Part shown: piece by piece, positions 10,703 to 20,170 of the stretch | How the letters are laid out: every line of letters starts with the position of its first letter | Numbering within the stretch: the first letter of the stretch is position 1 | Assembly: GCA_002726235.1 (NCBI GenBank) | Contig: PBSN01000008.1 | Location: 128,088 to 164,549 of the forward strand | Direction: 5' to 3' | DNA: 36,462 nucleotides | Source: Nitrospiraceae bacterium | Lineage (GTDB): Bacteria; Nitrospirota; Nitrospiria; Nitrospirales; UBA2166 | The notes under the pieces: generated by a model | Seen by the model: the letters and a program-made list of their open reading frames with translations, nothing else | What the model was told of the DNA's origin: nothing | Database searches by the model: none | Position numbers and translations under genes: made by a program

Positions 10703-11524
10703 ATGACAATGTGTCGTACCATACAATTTGGCAACTCCATTTTCGCCTGTGTTGTCCTCCTTCTTATCATGAGCGGCTGTGCCGGATCGGGCCAAAAGAA
10801 GGTGGGTGAAGGGATCGACCATGCGGCTGTTGATGAGGCGGTGTTTGATCCTGACTTAACCCGTGTCGCCTACGATCCGACGATTATTATGAAACGAGCG
10901 GAGGGATTCTTTGAACGCAAAGAGTTTGCCGAAGCCGTTGTTGAATATGATCACTTTCTTGATCTTCACAAGGATCATCGACTTACCCCCTATGCGTTGT
11001 ATAAGACGGCGTTGAGTTATGTTAACCAAGTTCAAACGATCGATCGAGATCCTGAACCCGTGATCAAGGCGCGTAGGTCGTTAGAGAGGCTCTTCACAAA
11101 TTTTCCAGGGAGCCGATATGAAGCCGATGCACGAGCGATTCACAAAACCTGCTATGGGCTGATGGCAAAACAAGAAGTGTATGTCGGTCGGTTCTATTTC
11201 CGAACAGGAGGCTACCTTGCCGCATTGCATCGCTTGGAAGATGTGATAAAGGAATATCCTGATGCCCCGGAAGCCATAGCTGACGCTCTCTATTATCTCG
11301 TTCTGACCTATCGCAAAATCGATGACTTGGGTCTTGCGACAGAATACGCGCAGAAATTACTTGAAGGGTATCCGACCTCTGAGCATCACGAAGAAACGAC
11401 GCTAATGCTTGCCGAGTTACGAGAGGAAGCTCTCCCGCCACAGCAACAGCCAACCACCAGAATCGCAAAGCGCTCAACAGACTGGGTCAAGTCACTACGA
11501 TCCATGTTGACATTTACTCGCTAA
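10703..11524 (+). CDS. bamD: Outer membrane protein assembly factor BamD (TPR lipoprotein)
   Basis: Lipobox MSGC; DRDPEP...FPGSRY...EVYVGRFY....YLAALHR...YP. Confidence 0.85.
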   Translation: MTMCRTIQFGNSIFACVVLLLIMSGCAGSGQKKVGEGIDHAAVDEAVFDPDLTRVAYDPTIIMKRAEGFFERKEFAEAVVEYDHFLDLHKDHRLTPYALYKTALSYVNQVQTIDRDPEPVIKARRSLERLFTNFPGSRYEADARAIHKTCYGLMAKQEVYVGRFYFRTGGYLAALHRLEDVIKEYPDAPEAIADALYYLVLTYRKIDDLGLATEYAQKLLEGYPTSEHHEETTLMLAELREEALPPQQQPTTRIAKRSTDWVKSLRSMLTFTR

Positions 11525-11598
11525 CAGGACGTTGAAAACGCTTACCAGCGGTGTTTTGAATCGCTGTCGTGCACACGTGCTTTGAGTGTTCAACTGTT
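11523..11598. repeat. Degenerate intergenic inverted-repeat element, copy 1
   Basis: AACAGGACGTTGAAAACGCTTACCAGCGGTGTTTT resembles 13539-13576; partial inverted arm GTTCAACTGTT near 11588-11598. Confidence 0.5.
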
Positions 11599-11604
11599 CA
11601 CCCC

Positions 11605-12465
11605 TCAAGACAATCTTCCTCGTCGGTTGGGGGGAGGTTCAATCGGTATTGGAATTGTCGTAAAGGCGTGAGCGAGGGATGCGAATTCCTCAATGGTCAG
11701 TGTCTCTGCGCGTCGAGTAGACGTGATCTGTGACTTCGATAATGCATTCATGACCTCCTGTTTATCTAGACCTCCTTGGCACAATGCTCCCACCAATGTT
11801 TTCCGACGGTACGCAAAGGCCCGTCGCACGATATCTAGAAAATGGGATTCGTTGCCGACTGCAATCGGGGGTTTCGAACGCACCCGAAGGCTGATCACAG
11901 CCGAATTCACCCTAGGTGGAGGAATAAAACACGTAGGAGGGACAGTAAATCCAATCTTTGCTTCAGTGAATAACTGAGCGGCGACAGACAACTGTCCGTA
12001 TGCTTTCATTCCAGGGCTTGCGGTAATACGATCTGCTAGTTCCTTCTGAAACATAAGGGTGAGGCGTGTGACCTTTGTTCGTAAAGCCAAAAATCGAAAT
12101 AAGAGAGGAGTTGCGATGTTGTAGGGCAAGTTGGAGACGACTACAATCTTCCCTGGAATGCTCTCGTAGTCAAATGACAGCGCATTCGCGTGGATGATCT
12201 CAAGATTAGAATATGTGCTCAGTCGGTCTTTGAGTGTGGTCACTAATGAGGCATCAATTTCGATGGCAATGACGTGTTGCGCGCGTTCAGCGAGTGGCTT
12301 TGTCAGAATGCCATGTCCCGGACCCACTTCCACAAACGTTTCGTCACCTTGCCCTGAAGTGGGGGGAGTGTACCCTTTTGGAAGGCCAACAACGGCAAGG
12401 ATTTTTTCAGCCACACCTCGATTTACGAGGAAGTGTTGGCCAAGTGATTTTTTCGGTCGTCTCAT
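11605..12465 (-). CDS. rsmA: 16S rRNA adenine dimethyltransferase
   Basis: KKSLGQHFL, EVGPGHG, NLPYNI, MFQKE, F.PPP.V.S, RRKTL, RAETL. Confidence 0.96.
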   Translation of the reverse strand: MRRPKKSLGQHFLVNRGVAEKILAVVGLPKGYTPPTSGQGDETFVEVGPGHGILTKPLAERAQHVIAIEIDASLVTTLKDRLSTYSNLEIIHANALSFDYESIPGKIVVVSNLPYNIATPLLFRFLALRTKVTRLTLMFQKELADRITASPGMKAYGQLSVAAQLFTEAKIGFTVPPTCFIPPPRVNSAVISLRVRSKPPIAVGNESHFLDIVRRAFAYRRKTLVGALCQGGLDKQEVMNALSKSQITSTRRAETLTIEEFASLAHAFTTIPIPIEPPPNRRGRLS

Positions 12466-13529
12466 GATGCATCGTATTTCGCGGGATATTCTAGAAGTTT
12501 ATCTCGCTCAGTTTTCGGTTTGTGCCCAAGAACTCTGACCGCCTCGTAAAACGCTGAGAGGTCGTATTGATGGTCGGCAAGCAACGTTTGAAATACTGGG
12601 ACATAGTGATAATAGGTTCCGGTTGATGCAAAATGGGCATTGTTAAGGTTGCGGCTCATCCACGCATCGTACGTTGAGTCTCCGTTCCATTGATGTTTGA
12701 GCTTCTTGTACTCTTTTTTGAAGTGGCCAAAAAGTATTTGTTTCTGCGCTCGCTTCCAATCGTCGGGTTGATTGGCACCAAAGATTTCTGAGAGGAGGTC
12801 TCTGTAGTTCATGATAAGTGAGATGAAGGTTTGCTGCCGCCGTTTTTTTGTTTGGTAAGGGATAATGGCATCGGGATGGCCGGTGTTTTCAAGCCATCGG
12901 CGGGTCCCTTCTTGTTCTACGACGGTCGCAAATGATTCGTTGAATATAGAGTCGTCGGAGATGTAGATCATCTGGTGCGACAATTCGTGAAAAATGAGGC
13001 TGGCCAGTTCAGGGTCGGAGTAGTGAATAACAGTGTTCAGAATAGGATCTTTAAACCAGCCAAGCGTTGAGTAGGCTCGAACACCGGTTATTGCAACATC
13101 ATATCCACGCTGTCGAAGGGTGTGCGCAAATAATTTTGCCTTTTCATGCGAAAAATATCCGCGATAGCTCACGCAACCTGCAATGGGAAAGCACCAGGTC
13201 TTTGGTATCATTGAAAGTTCCGGCGTAGCCACCACATTCCAGACCACATAGGGTCGATCGACGTCTGTATAACCGGTATAGCTTCCATTATCTGGAAGCC
13301 CAAGCTCTTGGGTTGCAAATTTTCGGATTTGAAGTACACGAGACAGTTTTTGTTTGAGGTTTTTTGGTGTTTCAGGTTGCTCAATGAGCATGGCAATAGG
13401 CTTTCTATGGGAAATGATATCAAGGTGCCCAGCGACAGCTTGTATGTAGTATTCAAGGGTGGAACAGCCGGTAATGGAAAGGGCTAGCAGAAGACTTGCG
13501 AGGCAAGAGTAGCGAGTCGCGTTACGCAT
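12462..13529 (-). CDS. Putative zinc aminopeptidase lipoprotein
   Basis: Lipobox ITGC, WCFPIAGCVSYRGYF, AYSTLGWF.DP, HELSH followed by FNESFA. Confidence 0.85.
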   Translation of the reverse strand: MRNATRYSCLASLLLALSITGCSTLEYYIQAVAGHLDIISHRKPIAMLIEQPETPKNLKQKLSRVLQIRKFATQELGLPDNGSYTGYTDVDRPYVVWNVVATPELSMIPKTWCFPIAGCVSYRGYFSHEKAKLFAHTLRQRGYDVAITGVRAYSTLGWFKDPILNTVIHYSDPELASLIFHELSHQMIYISDDSIFNESFATVVEQEGTRRWLENTGHPDAIIPYQTKKRRQQTFISLIMNYRDLLSEIFGANQPDDWKRAQKQILFGHFKKEYKKLKHQWNGDSTYDAWMSRNLNNAHFASTGTYYHYVPVFQTLLADHQYDLSAFYEAVRVLGHKPKTERDKLLEYPAKYDAS

Positions 13530-13539
13530 GTTTTAATCA

Positions 13540-13625
13540 AGGGGCTGTTGAAAAGAAGGCTGCCAGCGGCGTTCTCTGCCCATTGTTGCCAATTTGAATC
13601 TTTTTTGACTTATTCAACAGACCCT
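13540..13625. repeat. Degenerate intergenic inverted-repeat element, copy 2
   Basis: Left arm AGGGGCTGTTGAAA (13540-13553) versus right arm ATTCAACAGACCCT (13612-13625), 12/14 complementary; core GCCAGCGGCGTTCTC. Confidence 0.6.
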
Positions 13626-14954
13626 CGATGGTCTGGTATCTCGGCCGGGGCTATGCGTAATCTCCATGCGAACGAGGTGTTTGACGTTCGCGCATAGATC
13701 GCCTAGGCCAGGTGTGGTAAGGCGAAAAGGCCCGCCTTTTTCGATAGGAATGGGTAGATCATCGAGTTCGTAGATTACGATGCCATAAGCTCGGGCTTGT
13801 TCTAGCGTGAGGCTGGCAGAAAACTTACCATCGGAGGAATGAAAAGTGATATGGTCGGCTTCTGCATCAACGGTTAACAAATCCAGGATCTTCTTCAATC
13901 TCACGCCTTTCCCTTGTGATTGTGCAACGATAGTACTTGAATCCATTACCTGTGCTTCAGTGGGAAGACGGGCAAGCGCGGCGCGGTCAAACGTGAATGG
14001 TGTAGTCAGTTGTCCATTAATGTGAAGAGTGGCTTTTTTTGTGGAAGGGCGTGCCATTTTGGCCTTCACAAGGCGGTAGAGGGTTTCATTGACAGGCACA
14101 GGCACGCCAAAAGTTTGAGCATGACGAACGAGATAGCCATTGAGATGCTCGATTTCTGTTTGACGGCCTGCTTTCCAATCATCAAACATCGACGTATGGA
14201 TATTGCGCACGGCTTTGGTAGTCGTCACGACAGTTTCCGGTGTCTCTGGTGGAAGAACAACCCCAAACTTCTCAGCCACGATGATGGTTTCTTTCACAAT
14301 ATCTGTGGTTAGGGCGAGAGTGTCATCGTGATCCAATGCCTTGGCCACGTTGTCGTCGAGAAGAACCGTTAACGGATTAAATACGACGTTCCAGCACATC
14401 TTTTCCCACTTGGCCTTAGTAATGTTTCTTGATATTTTGCACGGAATGGGGGTTTTCGCGAAGAGGTCACGGAGCGCGGTAATTCGTGGAGTATTGGTGT
14501 TGCCGGAGAGCTCCCCAATCGTTACGCTGCCTCGTGCGAAGTGGTCGATCACTCCAGGTTCTGCGATTTTTGTATAGATATAGATGATCCCGGCTACGAT
14601 ATGGTGGCTTTCGAATGTTGCCATCAAGCGCTCTTCGGTATCGACACCATTTTGAAAGGTTAAAATGACGGTATCTTTTTTGAGAATTTTACCAATTTGC
14701 CAGATGACCTGATCGAGGTCATAACATTTTATGCCAAGCATGATAACGTCTGGAGTAGCGAGCTTGCTGGGATCAGTGGCAACTGGCGGATGGACAGTGA
14801 ACGACGTGTTTCCACTTCGCAAAGTCAGTCCACGCGATCGGACGGCCTCATACGTACGAGGCCGAAGGAGAAACGACACATCGACGCCAGCATGTGCTAG
14901 ATGTGCTCCAATGAATCCACCGACAGAACCTGCACCGACCATTAAAATGCGCAT
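13614..14954 (-). CDS. panE: 2-dehydropantoate 2-reductase family protein with a C-terminal molybdopterin-oxidoreductase-like domain
   Basis: MRILMVGAGSVGG, QNG, WEK...N...N, TSMFDD...RQTEIEHLNG, then about 135 extra aa. Start moved to ATG 14954 (RBS GAGGAAG). Confidence 0.85.
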   Translation of the reverse strand: MRILMVGAGSVGGFIGAHLAHAGVDVSFLLRPRTYEAVRSRGLTLRSGNTSFTVHPPVATDPSKLATPDVIMLGIKCYDLDQVIWQIGKILKKDTVILTFQNGVDTEERLMATFESHHIVAGIIYIYTKIAEPGVIDHFARGSVTIGELSGNTNTPRITALRDLFAKTPIPCKISRNITKAKWEKMCWNVVFNPLTVLLDDNVAKALDHDDTLALTTDIVKETIIVAEKFGVVLPPETPETVVTTTKAVRNIHTSMFDDWKAGRQTEIEHLNGYLVRHAQTFGVPVPVNETLYRLVKAKMARPSTKKATLHINGQLTTPFTFDRAALARLPTEAQVMDSSTIVAQSQGKGVRLKKILDLLTVDAEADHITFHSSDGKFSASLTLEQARAYGIVIYELDDLPIPIEKGGPFRLTTPGLGDLCANVKHLVRMEITHSPGRDTRPSRVC

Positions 14955-15101
14955 AGTCTTCCTCGTTGTGATGGAGAGTAGCAATAGAAATCAGTATCGA
15001 AAGCATCTCCATTCTACCCGAAGCCTATCAGGCTTCAAAAGGGGTCTGCTTGCCGCTCCGCAACTGTTGGGTTGCCGATGATCACCATGCATTGTTTATC
15101 T

Positions 15102-16307
15102 ATGCGAGCCCCGTCATTTCTTGCCGGAAGTGCTCTCATCATTTTAGTCATGATGAATCTCATGGGTTGTCAACACCAACCGTATGCTGAGCATCTCCCT
15201 CACCCGAAAGTGTCAGCGGATTGTGAAGCGATACGGAGTCATCTCGATATTGATGATCGCATTGGCACGCTGAGAAATATTACGCATGCGTTCAATCAGG
15301 CATGTTACGACGTGGTTCTTGAGTACGGAAGCCGTGCGCAAACGGATTATCGGTATAAGCAATTCTCGATAGTCAAGGAAACCAGCAGTATTTTTTTACC
15401 CGATGGAATGTTGACGGAATATGTCCTTGAGAGTTACGAAAGGGGGTTTTTGACCTTCCTTCTTTCAGCGAGTCATTACCAGTTGAACAATTTCGATGGA
15501 TCTAAGGTTGAATTGCGACGCTTGGATCATGAAATTATTACTCCGCTATATAATTATGGGGAGGATCCTATCAATATTCTTCTAAGCGCAGTTATGTGGG
15601 AAACGTTGGACCAATCTGATGAATCATGGGTGGATTGGAATCGTTTGAGTACTCAACAGGAGAGACATGCGCTTGTCTCAGAATTCGCGTCTCGTCGGAT
15701 GAGAGCTATCGATGAAGGTCAAGGAGTGGTTGGACCGTGGAGTATCTACACGGGGGGAACCTTTCCGGATATCGATTGGGACTTACAATTTACCGGTTCC
15801 AACAACGGATACTTTTCCGTCAAACCCAAACAACGCTTTGGAGAAGATTGTGTGTCTGACACGGGCGTTCGAATATCGACACGGCCATGGTTTGCAAAGA
15901 TCGCGTTGCGGCACAACGATGGTTATCATCCCATTCTCAACGTGCAGAGTTGGATGCGGCTTCCGTTTGGCGTGGCCTATAGCATCACCACGTTTGCCTC
16001 TGGAGCGAGTATTGCCATTGGGGGTTGCGCTCTCGATGTTTACACGCAAGCAGAGGGAGCTCTTTGTGAGGTTTTCTTAAATGGGGGGACCGCCCTTATC
16101 AGAAAATCACCAAAAGTCCTCAGGCATGTTCTACAGCCAGATTTACGGCACTGGGACAATGTGCCAATACATTTTCTTTTTACCACAGCTTCCACTGTTG
16201 AAGATGAAGAATGTTTTTCAAATTTATCAAGGCAGGAGCAAAGACAAACAAAAAAACTCTTTGATGCCAATCGTGTCGTGAAGAGCAATGGAGCTATTGA
16301 TGACTAA
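15102..16307 (+). CDS. Hypothetical lipoprotein (COG3014-like helical protein)
   Basis: Long ORF with lipobox LMGC; the EY..ESYE...SKVELRR segment recalls COG3014 lipoproteins. Start uncertain (15072-15102). Confidence 0.65.
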   Translation: MRAPSFLAGSALIILVMMNLMGCQHQPYAEHLPHPKVSADCEAIRSHLDIDDRIGTLRNITHAFNQACYDVVLEYGSRAQTDYRYKQFSIVKETSSIFLPDGMLTEYVLESYERGFLTFLLSASHYQLNNFDGSKVELRRLDHEIITPLYNYGEDPINILLSAVMWETLDQSDESWVDWNRLSTQQERHALVSEFASRRMRAIDEGQGVVGPWSIYTGGTFPDIDWDLQFTGSNNGYFSVKPKQRFGEDCVSDTGVRISTRPWFAKIALRHNDGYHPILNVQSWMRLPFGVAYSITTFASGASIAIGGCALDVYTQAEGALCEVFLNGGTALIRKSPKVLRHVLQPDLRHWDNVPIHFLFTTASTVEDEECFSNLSRQEQRQTKKLFDANRVVKSNGAIDD

Positions 16308-17046
16308 TGAATCGGTCATCAAAAAGGTGCAGCACAAGCTATGCAGTGCCAAGTTCGTTGCGGTCTTAACCGGTGCGGGGATATCAGCTGACAGTGGTGT
16401 GCCGACATTTCGTGGAGCGGAGGGGTTGTGGAAACAGCATCGAGCGGAGGATTTGGCCTCTCCCCACGCCTTTGCGCATGATCCAAAGCTTGTTTGGGAG
16501 TGGTACTCTTGGCGACGTGAGCTAATTGCGACAAAGGTTCCAAATCTTGCACACGAAGCTTTAGCGACAATGGCGGGGAGATTTTCTTCTTTTGTATTGA
16601 TGACACAAAATGTAGATGGTCTTCATGGTATGGCTGGTAGTCAGGATTGTTTGGAGATGCACGGCAATATTTGGAAAGTGCGATGCACCAAGTGCTTCAC
16701 TGTTACGGAAAATCGCGATCTCCCGATCGTATTCCCCCCCCAATGTTCGGCATGCGGAGGGTTGCTTCGGCCGCATATCGTGTGGTTTGGTGAGCCGTTA
16801 GATCCTCCGGTCTTGGATCGGTGTATGCATGCACTGCAATCCTGTGATGTGTTGCTGGTAATTGGCACATCTGGTGTCGTACAACCCGCTGCCTCTTTCG
16901 CGATGATGGTGAAATCGGCTGGAGGCTACACCGTTGAGATAAATCTCGACCCTACGCCTTCATCTGGAAGCATAGATATCGTGATCACTGGTAAGGCAAA
17001 AGATGTGGTGCCGTTACTTTGCGAAAACAGTATTCAAGACGTATAG
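16288..17046 (+). CDS. cobB: NAD-dependent protein deacylase (class III sirtuin)
   Basis: GAGISADSGVPTFRG, YxxR, TQNVDGLH, two CxxC, RPHIVWFGE, GTSGVVQPAA. Start may be 16300. Confidence 0.93.
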   Translation: MELLMTNESVIKKVQHKLCSAKFVAVLTGAGISADSGVPTFRGAEGLWKQHRAEDLASPHAFAHDPKLVWEWYSWRRELIATKVPNLAHEALATMAGRFSSFVLMTQNVDGLHGMAGSQDCLEMHGNIWKVRCTKCFTVTENRDLPIVFPPQCSACGGLLRPHIVWFGEPLDPPVLDRCMHALQSCDVLLVIGTSGVVQPAASFAMMVKSAGGYTVEINLDPTPSSGSIDIVITGKAKDVVPLLCENSIQDV

Positions 17047-17160
17047 TCGGCACTTGGCAGTGATATCAATCATTCATTGATGTATTTTTTGATAAAAAAA
17101 TATACGTAACAACTGAAGACTCATGGGTTTGGTTTCACCAAAACGTCCAGATCTCTTGTG

Positions 17161-17190
17161 TTGACAAGGGTTAAGAGCGTATGCCACTGT
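17161..17190 (+). promoter_or_regulatory. Possible sigma70 promoter
   Basis: Perfect TTGACA with a weak TGn-CACTGT at 18 bp spacing, downstream of an AT-rich tract. Confidence 0.3.
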
Positions 17191-17230
17191 AGTCCCACAG
17201 GATCAAGTATTGCAGTGGTGTTTATGAGCA

Positions 17231-17803
17231 GTGAGGTGTCATATGCTATGGAGGGGTAGACGCATACGAAGAGCAGTTGTCTTAGCAATATTGGTGATAG
17301 TCTGTGGTGGTTTGCTTCTTGGCGTTCCTACCTTGAGTGTTGCGCAAAGTGGATTTGGGGTATCAAAAGGGCTTCCTAAACATCATCAGGCTCCTGATTT
17401 TCATCTTCAAACCATTGATGGTAAAGACGTAAGTAAGCGTGCTCTGAAAGGCCAGCCGACGCTGATGATGTTTTGGGCTCCCTGGTGCCACGTATGCCAA
17501 GTTGAGCTTCCCAGGATTCACGATTTTCATGAAGCGGTAAAACTGTATGGACTTCAGGTGCTATCGATTGGATTTGCCGATGCGAAAGAGAATGTTCTCG
17601 GATATATTCATGGGCACTCAGATGTTTTTACATTTCCAAGCGCGTACGATGCAGATAACATCGTAGCAGCAGATTTTAGGATTCGTGCGACCCCGACATT
17701 TATCCTTCTCGATGCAGATGGATCTGTCCGGCTTGTCCACCCAGGAGCAGGGGTCCTTCATAATCCAAAACTATTGGCCTTTATCGAAGACCTTGTTTCG
17801 TAA
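17231..17803 (+). CDS. TlpA/ResA-family thiol-disulfide oxidoreductase
   Basis: N-terminal TM anchor, APDFHL, FWAPWCHVCQVELP, cis-Pro motif ATP. Start uncertain. Confidence 0.88.
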   Translation: MRCHMLWRGRRIRRAVVLAILVIVCGGLLLGVPTLSVAQSGFGVSKGLPKHHQAPDFHLQTIDGKDVSKRALKGQPTLMMFWAPWCHVCQVELPRIHDFHEAVKLYGLQVLSIGFADAKENVLGYIHGHSDVFTFPSAYDADNIVAADFRIRATPTFILLDADGSVRLVHPGAGVLHNPKLLAFIEDLVS

Positions 17804-18016
17804 CGCGATTGGACTTTCGTAGTTGGTAGATTAGGCTTCTGGTAGGTTTCTTGAGTTATCCTGTCGCTGTTCTTGCGGCAATGTGGACAAACTCCCGATA
17901 TAATCTTCATCGCGGATGTTGTGGTACGCAATGATGATCGTGGCGATAGTCACGGAGCAGTTCTAGTATTGCAACGCGGGGAGCGTGGATATCATGCAGG
18001 GTGCTTTGCTCGAGAG

Positions 18017-18364
18017 ATGATGCGCCGATATGAGCCCAGTTTGAAGAGAACGCGAATAAAGGTCATTAGTGTGGCGGCAACAGCGCTCCTTTTCCTCGTC
18101 TCTTGCATGGGAAAGAACCCTTTTCTGGAAACTGCCCTTGATCCTGCGAAAACGCGTGGGGAGACGCAATCCTGGTTTGAAAAGGAATGGGGAACGCCTT
18201 CCTCGAAAGATTCGCGTTGGCTAGGAGGTGAGGTCTGGACGTATATGCGTATTGCTGGAGGGCAGAAAACTCTTCTCGGAAATCTCGATCCGCTTACATG
18301 CAAAATCACGCTGAAATTTGATGATGAGGGAAAACTCTCCTCGTACAAATATTCCGGATGTTAA
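18017..18364 (+). CDS. Hypothetical small lipoprotein (SmpA/OmlA-like fold possible)
   Basis: Lipobox LVSC, WGTP......GGEVWTY, LKFDDEGKL; overlaps the trpF start. Start trimmed from 17873. Confidence 0.65.
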   Translation: MMRRYEPSLKRTRIKVISVAATALLFLVSCMGKNPFLETALDPAKTRGETQSWFEKEWGTPSSKDSRWLGGEVWTYMRIAGGQKTLLGNLDPLTCKITLKFDDEGKLSSYKYSGC

Positions 18365-18975
18365 GAGTAAAAATCTGTGGCATTACCAATGTAGACGATG
18401 CTCTTCACGCCGTGAATGCCGGTGCGGACGCGTTGGGGTTTATTTTCTACCCCGAGAGTCCGAGATATGTTACGCCGGAGACTGTACGAATCATCATAGA
18501 GCGACTTCCACCGTTTACCACATCTGTTGGTGTTTTCGTCAATGAAGACCGTGATGCTATTCAGCGGGTTATACAGGAATGCGGGTTATCGCTGGTTCAG
18601 TTGCATGGTGATGAGTCTCCAGGCGATTGTTTCACGTTGGGGCATCCCGTGATTAAGGCTATCCGGTTGCGGTCTCGAGATGACATTGTTCTCATGGGAA
18701 GGTACGCCGTTAGGGGGTTTGTGCTTGATGCATCCGTTGCTGGAGTCTGGGGAGGGACTGGAGAAACGATTGATTGGAGGCTTGCGCGGGAGGCGACACG
18801 ACAGGGTCCTGCAATTCTTGCTGGGGGGCTGACGCCAGACAATGTTGGACGAGCTGTTGCCGAGGTGGAGCCCTTCGGAGTTGACGTCAGCAGTGGCGTA
18901 GAGATTTCGCCAGGCAAGAAGGATCACGAAAAAGTTCGCCGGTTTATTTTGGCGGCAAGAAACGGTGATGGATGA
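18358..18975 (+). CDS. trpF: Phosphoribosylanthranilate isomerase
   Basis: [31 protein letters not shown]. Confidence 0.97.
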   Translation: MLRVKICGITNVDDALHAVNAGADALGFIFYPESPRYVTPETVRIIIERLPPFTTSVGVFVNEDRDAIQRVIQECGLSLVQLHGDESPGDCFTLGHPVIKAIRLRSRDDIVLMGRYAVRGFVLDASVAGVWGGTGETIDWRLAREATRQGPAILAGGLTPDNVGRAVAEVEPFGVDVSSGVEISPGKKDHEKVRRFILAARNGDG

Positions 18976-20162
18976 ATCGGGTTCCGAATAAGAAGGGTCG
19001 TTTTGGTGTGTATGGTGGTCGGTATGTTCCTGAAACCCTGGTGCCTGCGCTGGAAGAATTGGAGCGAACGTATACAGAGGCGAAACGAGACCCTGTTTTT
19101 CGTAACACGTTGCGGGCATATTTGAACCAGTATGTTGGACGTCCGACTCCATTGTATTTTGCCAAGCGGCTCACCGAACATCTTGGAGGAGCGAAGATTT
19201 ATCTCAAACGTGAGGACCTCTGTCATACCGGAGCTCACAAGATTAATAACACCCTTGGGCAAGCGTTATTGGCTACACGCATGGGGAAGCGACGTGTCAT
19301 CGCGGAAACTGGTGCTGGGCAACATGGAGTCGCGGTCGCGACGGTTGCCGCGATGTTCGGGCTTGAATGCGATGTCTATATGGGAACAGAAGATATGGAA
19401 CGCCAGGCACCCAATGTCGTTCGAATGAAGTTGCTTGGTGCGAGAGTATGTGCTATCGATACTGGGAGTCGAACACTCAAAGATGCTATCAGTGAGGCAC
19501 TTCGGGATTGGACAACACATGTTGGGAATACACACTATATTCTTGGGTCGGTCTTGGGTCCGCATCCGTATCCGACGATTGTGCGGGACTTTCAATCCGT
19601 CATCGGACGTGAAGCGAAATGGCAGCTCCGGAAGTGTGAAGGCCTGTTGCCTCACGTCCTGATTGCATGTGTTGGTGGGGGGAGTAACGCCCTTGGACTA
19701 TTTTCCGCGTTTGTGAACGACGACGTGGAGATGATTGGTGTTGAAGCTGGTGGATTGGGTGTCACGACGGAGAAGCATGCTGCCCGTTTCGCTGGGGGAT
19801 CTGTGGGGGTCCTCCATGGGACGATGACATACCTGGTTCAAGATGATGATGGGCAAATCCGGCTGACGCATTCGATATCTGCCGGGCTGGATTACGCTGC
19901 CGTTGGGCCAGAGCATAGCTATTATCACGATCTGAAACGTATCCGCTATACATCGGCAACGGATGATGAGGCGTTATCAGCTTTTGATCTTCTCACGCGG
20001 ATTGAAGGGATTATGCCGGCTCTTGAAAGCGCACACGCTCTTGCGGAAGTAGTGAAGTTAGCACCTAGATTGGATAGAGAAAAAGTGATTGTTGTGAGCC
20101 TTTCGGGGCGCGGTGACAAGGATGTTCACCATGTGGCGCAGTTGCGTGGCGATCATCTCTAG
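18972..20162 (+). CDS. trpB: Tryptophan synthase beta subunit
   Basis: [40 protein letters not shown]. Confidence 0.98.
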   Translation: MNRVPNKKGRFGVYGGRYVPETLVPALEELERTYTEAKRDPVFRNTLRAYLNQYVGRPTPLYFAKRLTEHLGGAKIYLKREDLCHTGAHKINNTLGQALLATRMGKRRVIAETGAGQHGVAVATVAAMFGLECDVYMGTEDMERQAPNVVRMKLLGARVCAIDTGSRTLKDAISEALRDWTTHVGNTHYILGSVLGPHPYPTIVRDFQSVIGREAKWQLRKCEGLLPHVLIACVGGGSNALGLFSAFVNDDVEMIGVEAGGLGVTTEKHAARFAGGSVGVLHGTMTYLVQDDDGQIRLTHSISAGLDYAAVGPEHSYYHDLKRIRYTSATDDEALSAFDLLTRIEGIMPALESAHALAEVVKLAPRLDREKVIVVSLSGRGDKDVHHVAQLRGDHL

Positions 20163-20170
20163 GGGCGTGA

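Noticed and set aside
12345..12385. Short Pro/Gly-rich insertion in RsmA (PKGYTPPTSGQG)
   Set aside because: In-frame loop in a variable region; catalytic motifs are intact.
17831..18016. Short minus-strand ORF of about 40 codons, and the N-terminal extension of ORF 17873
   Set aside because: No RBS or motif; the extension would displace the lipoprotein signal peptide.
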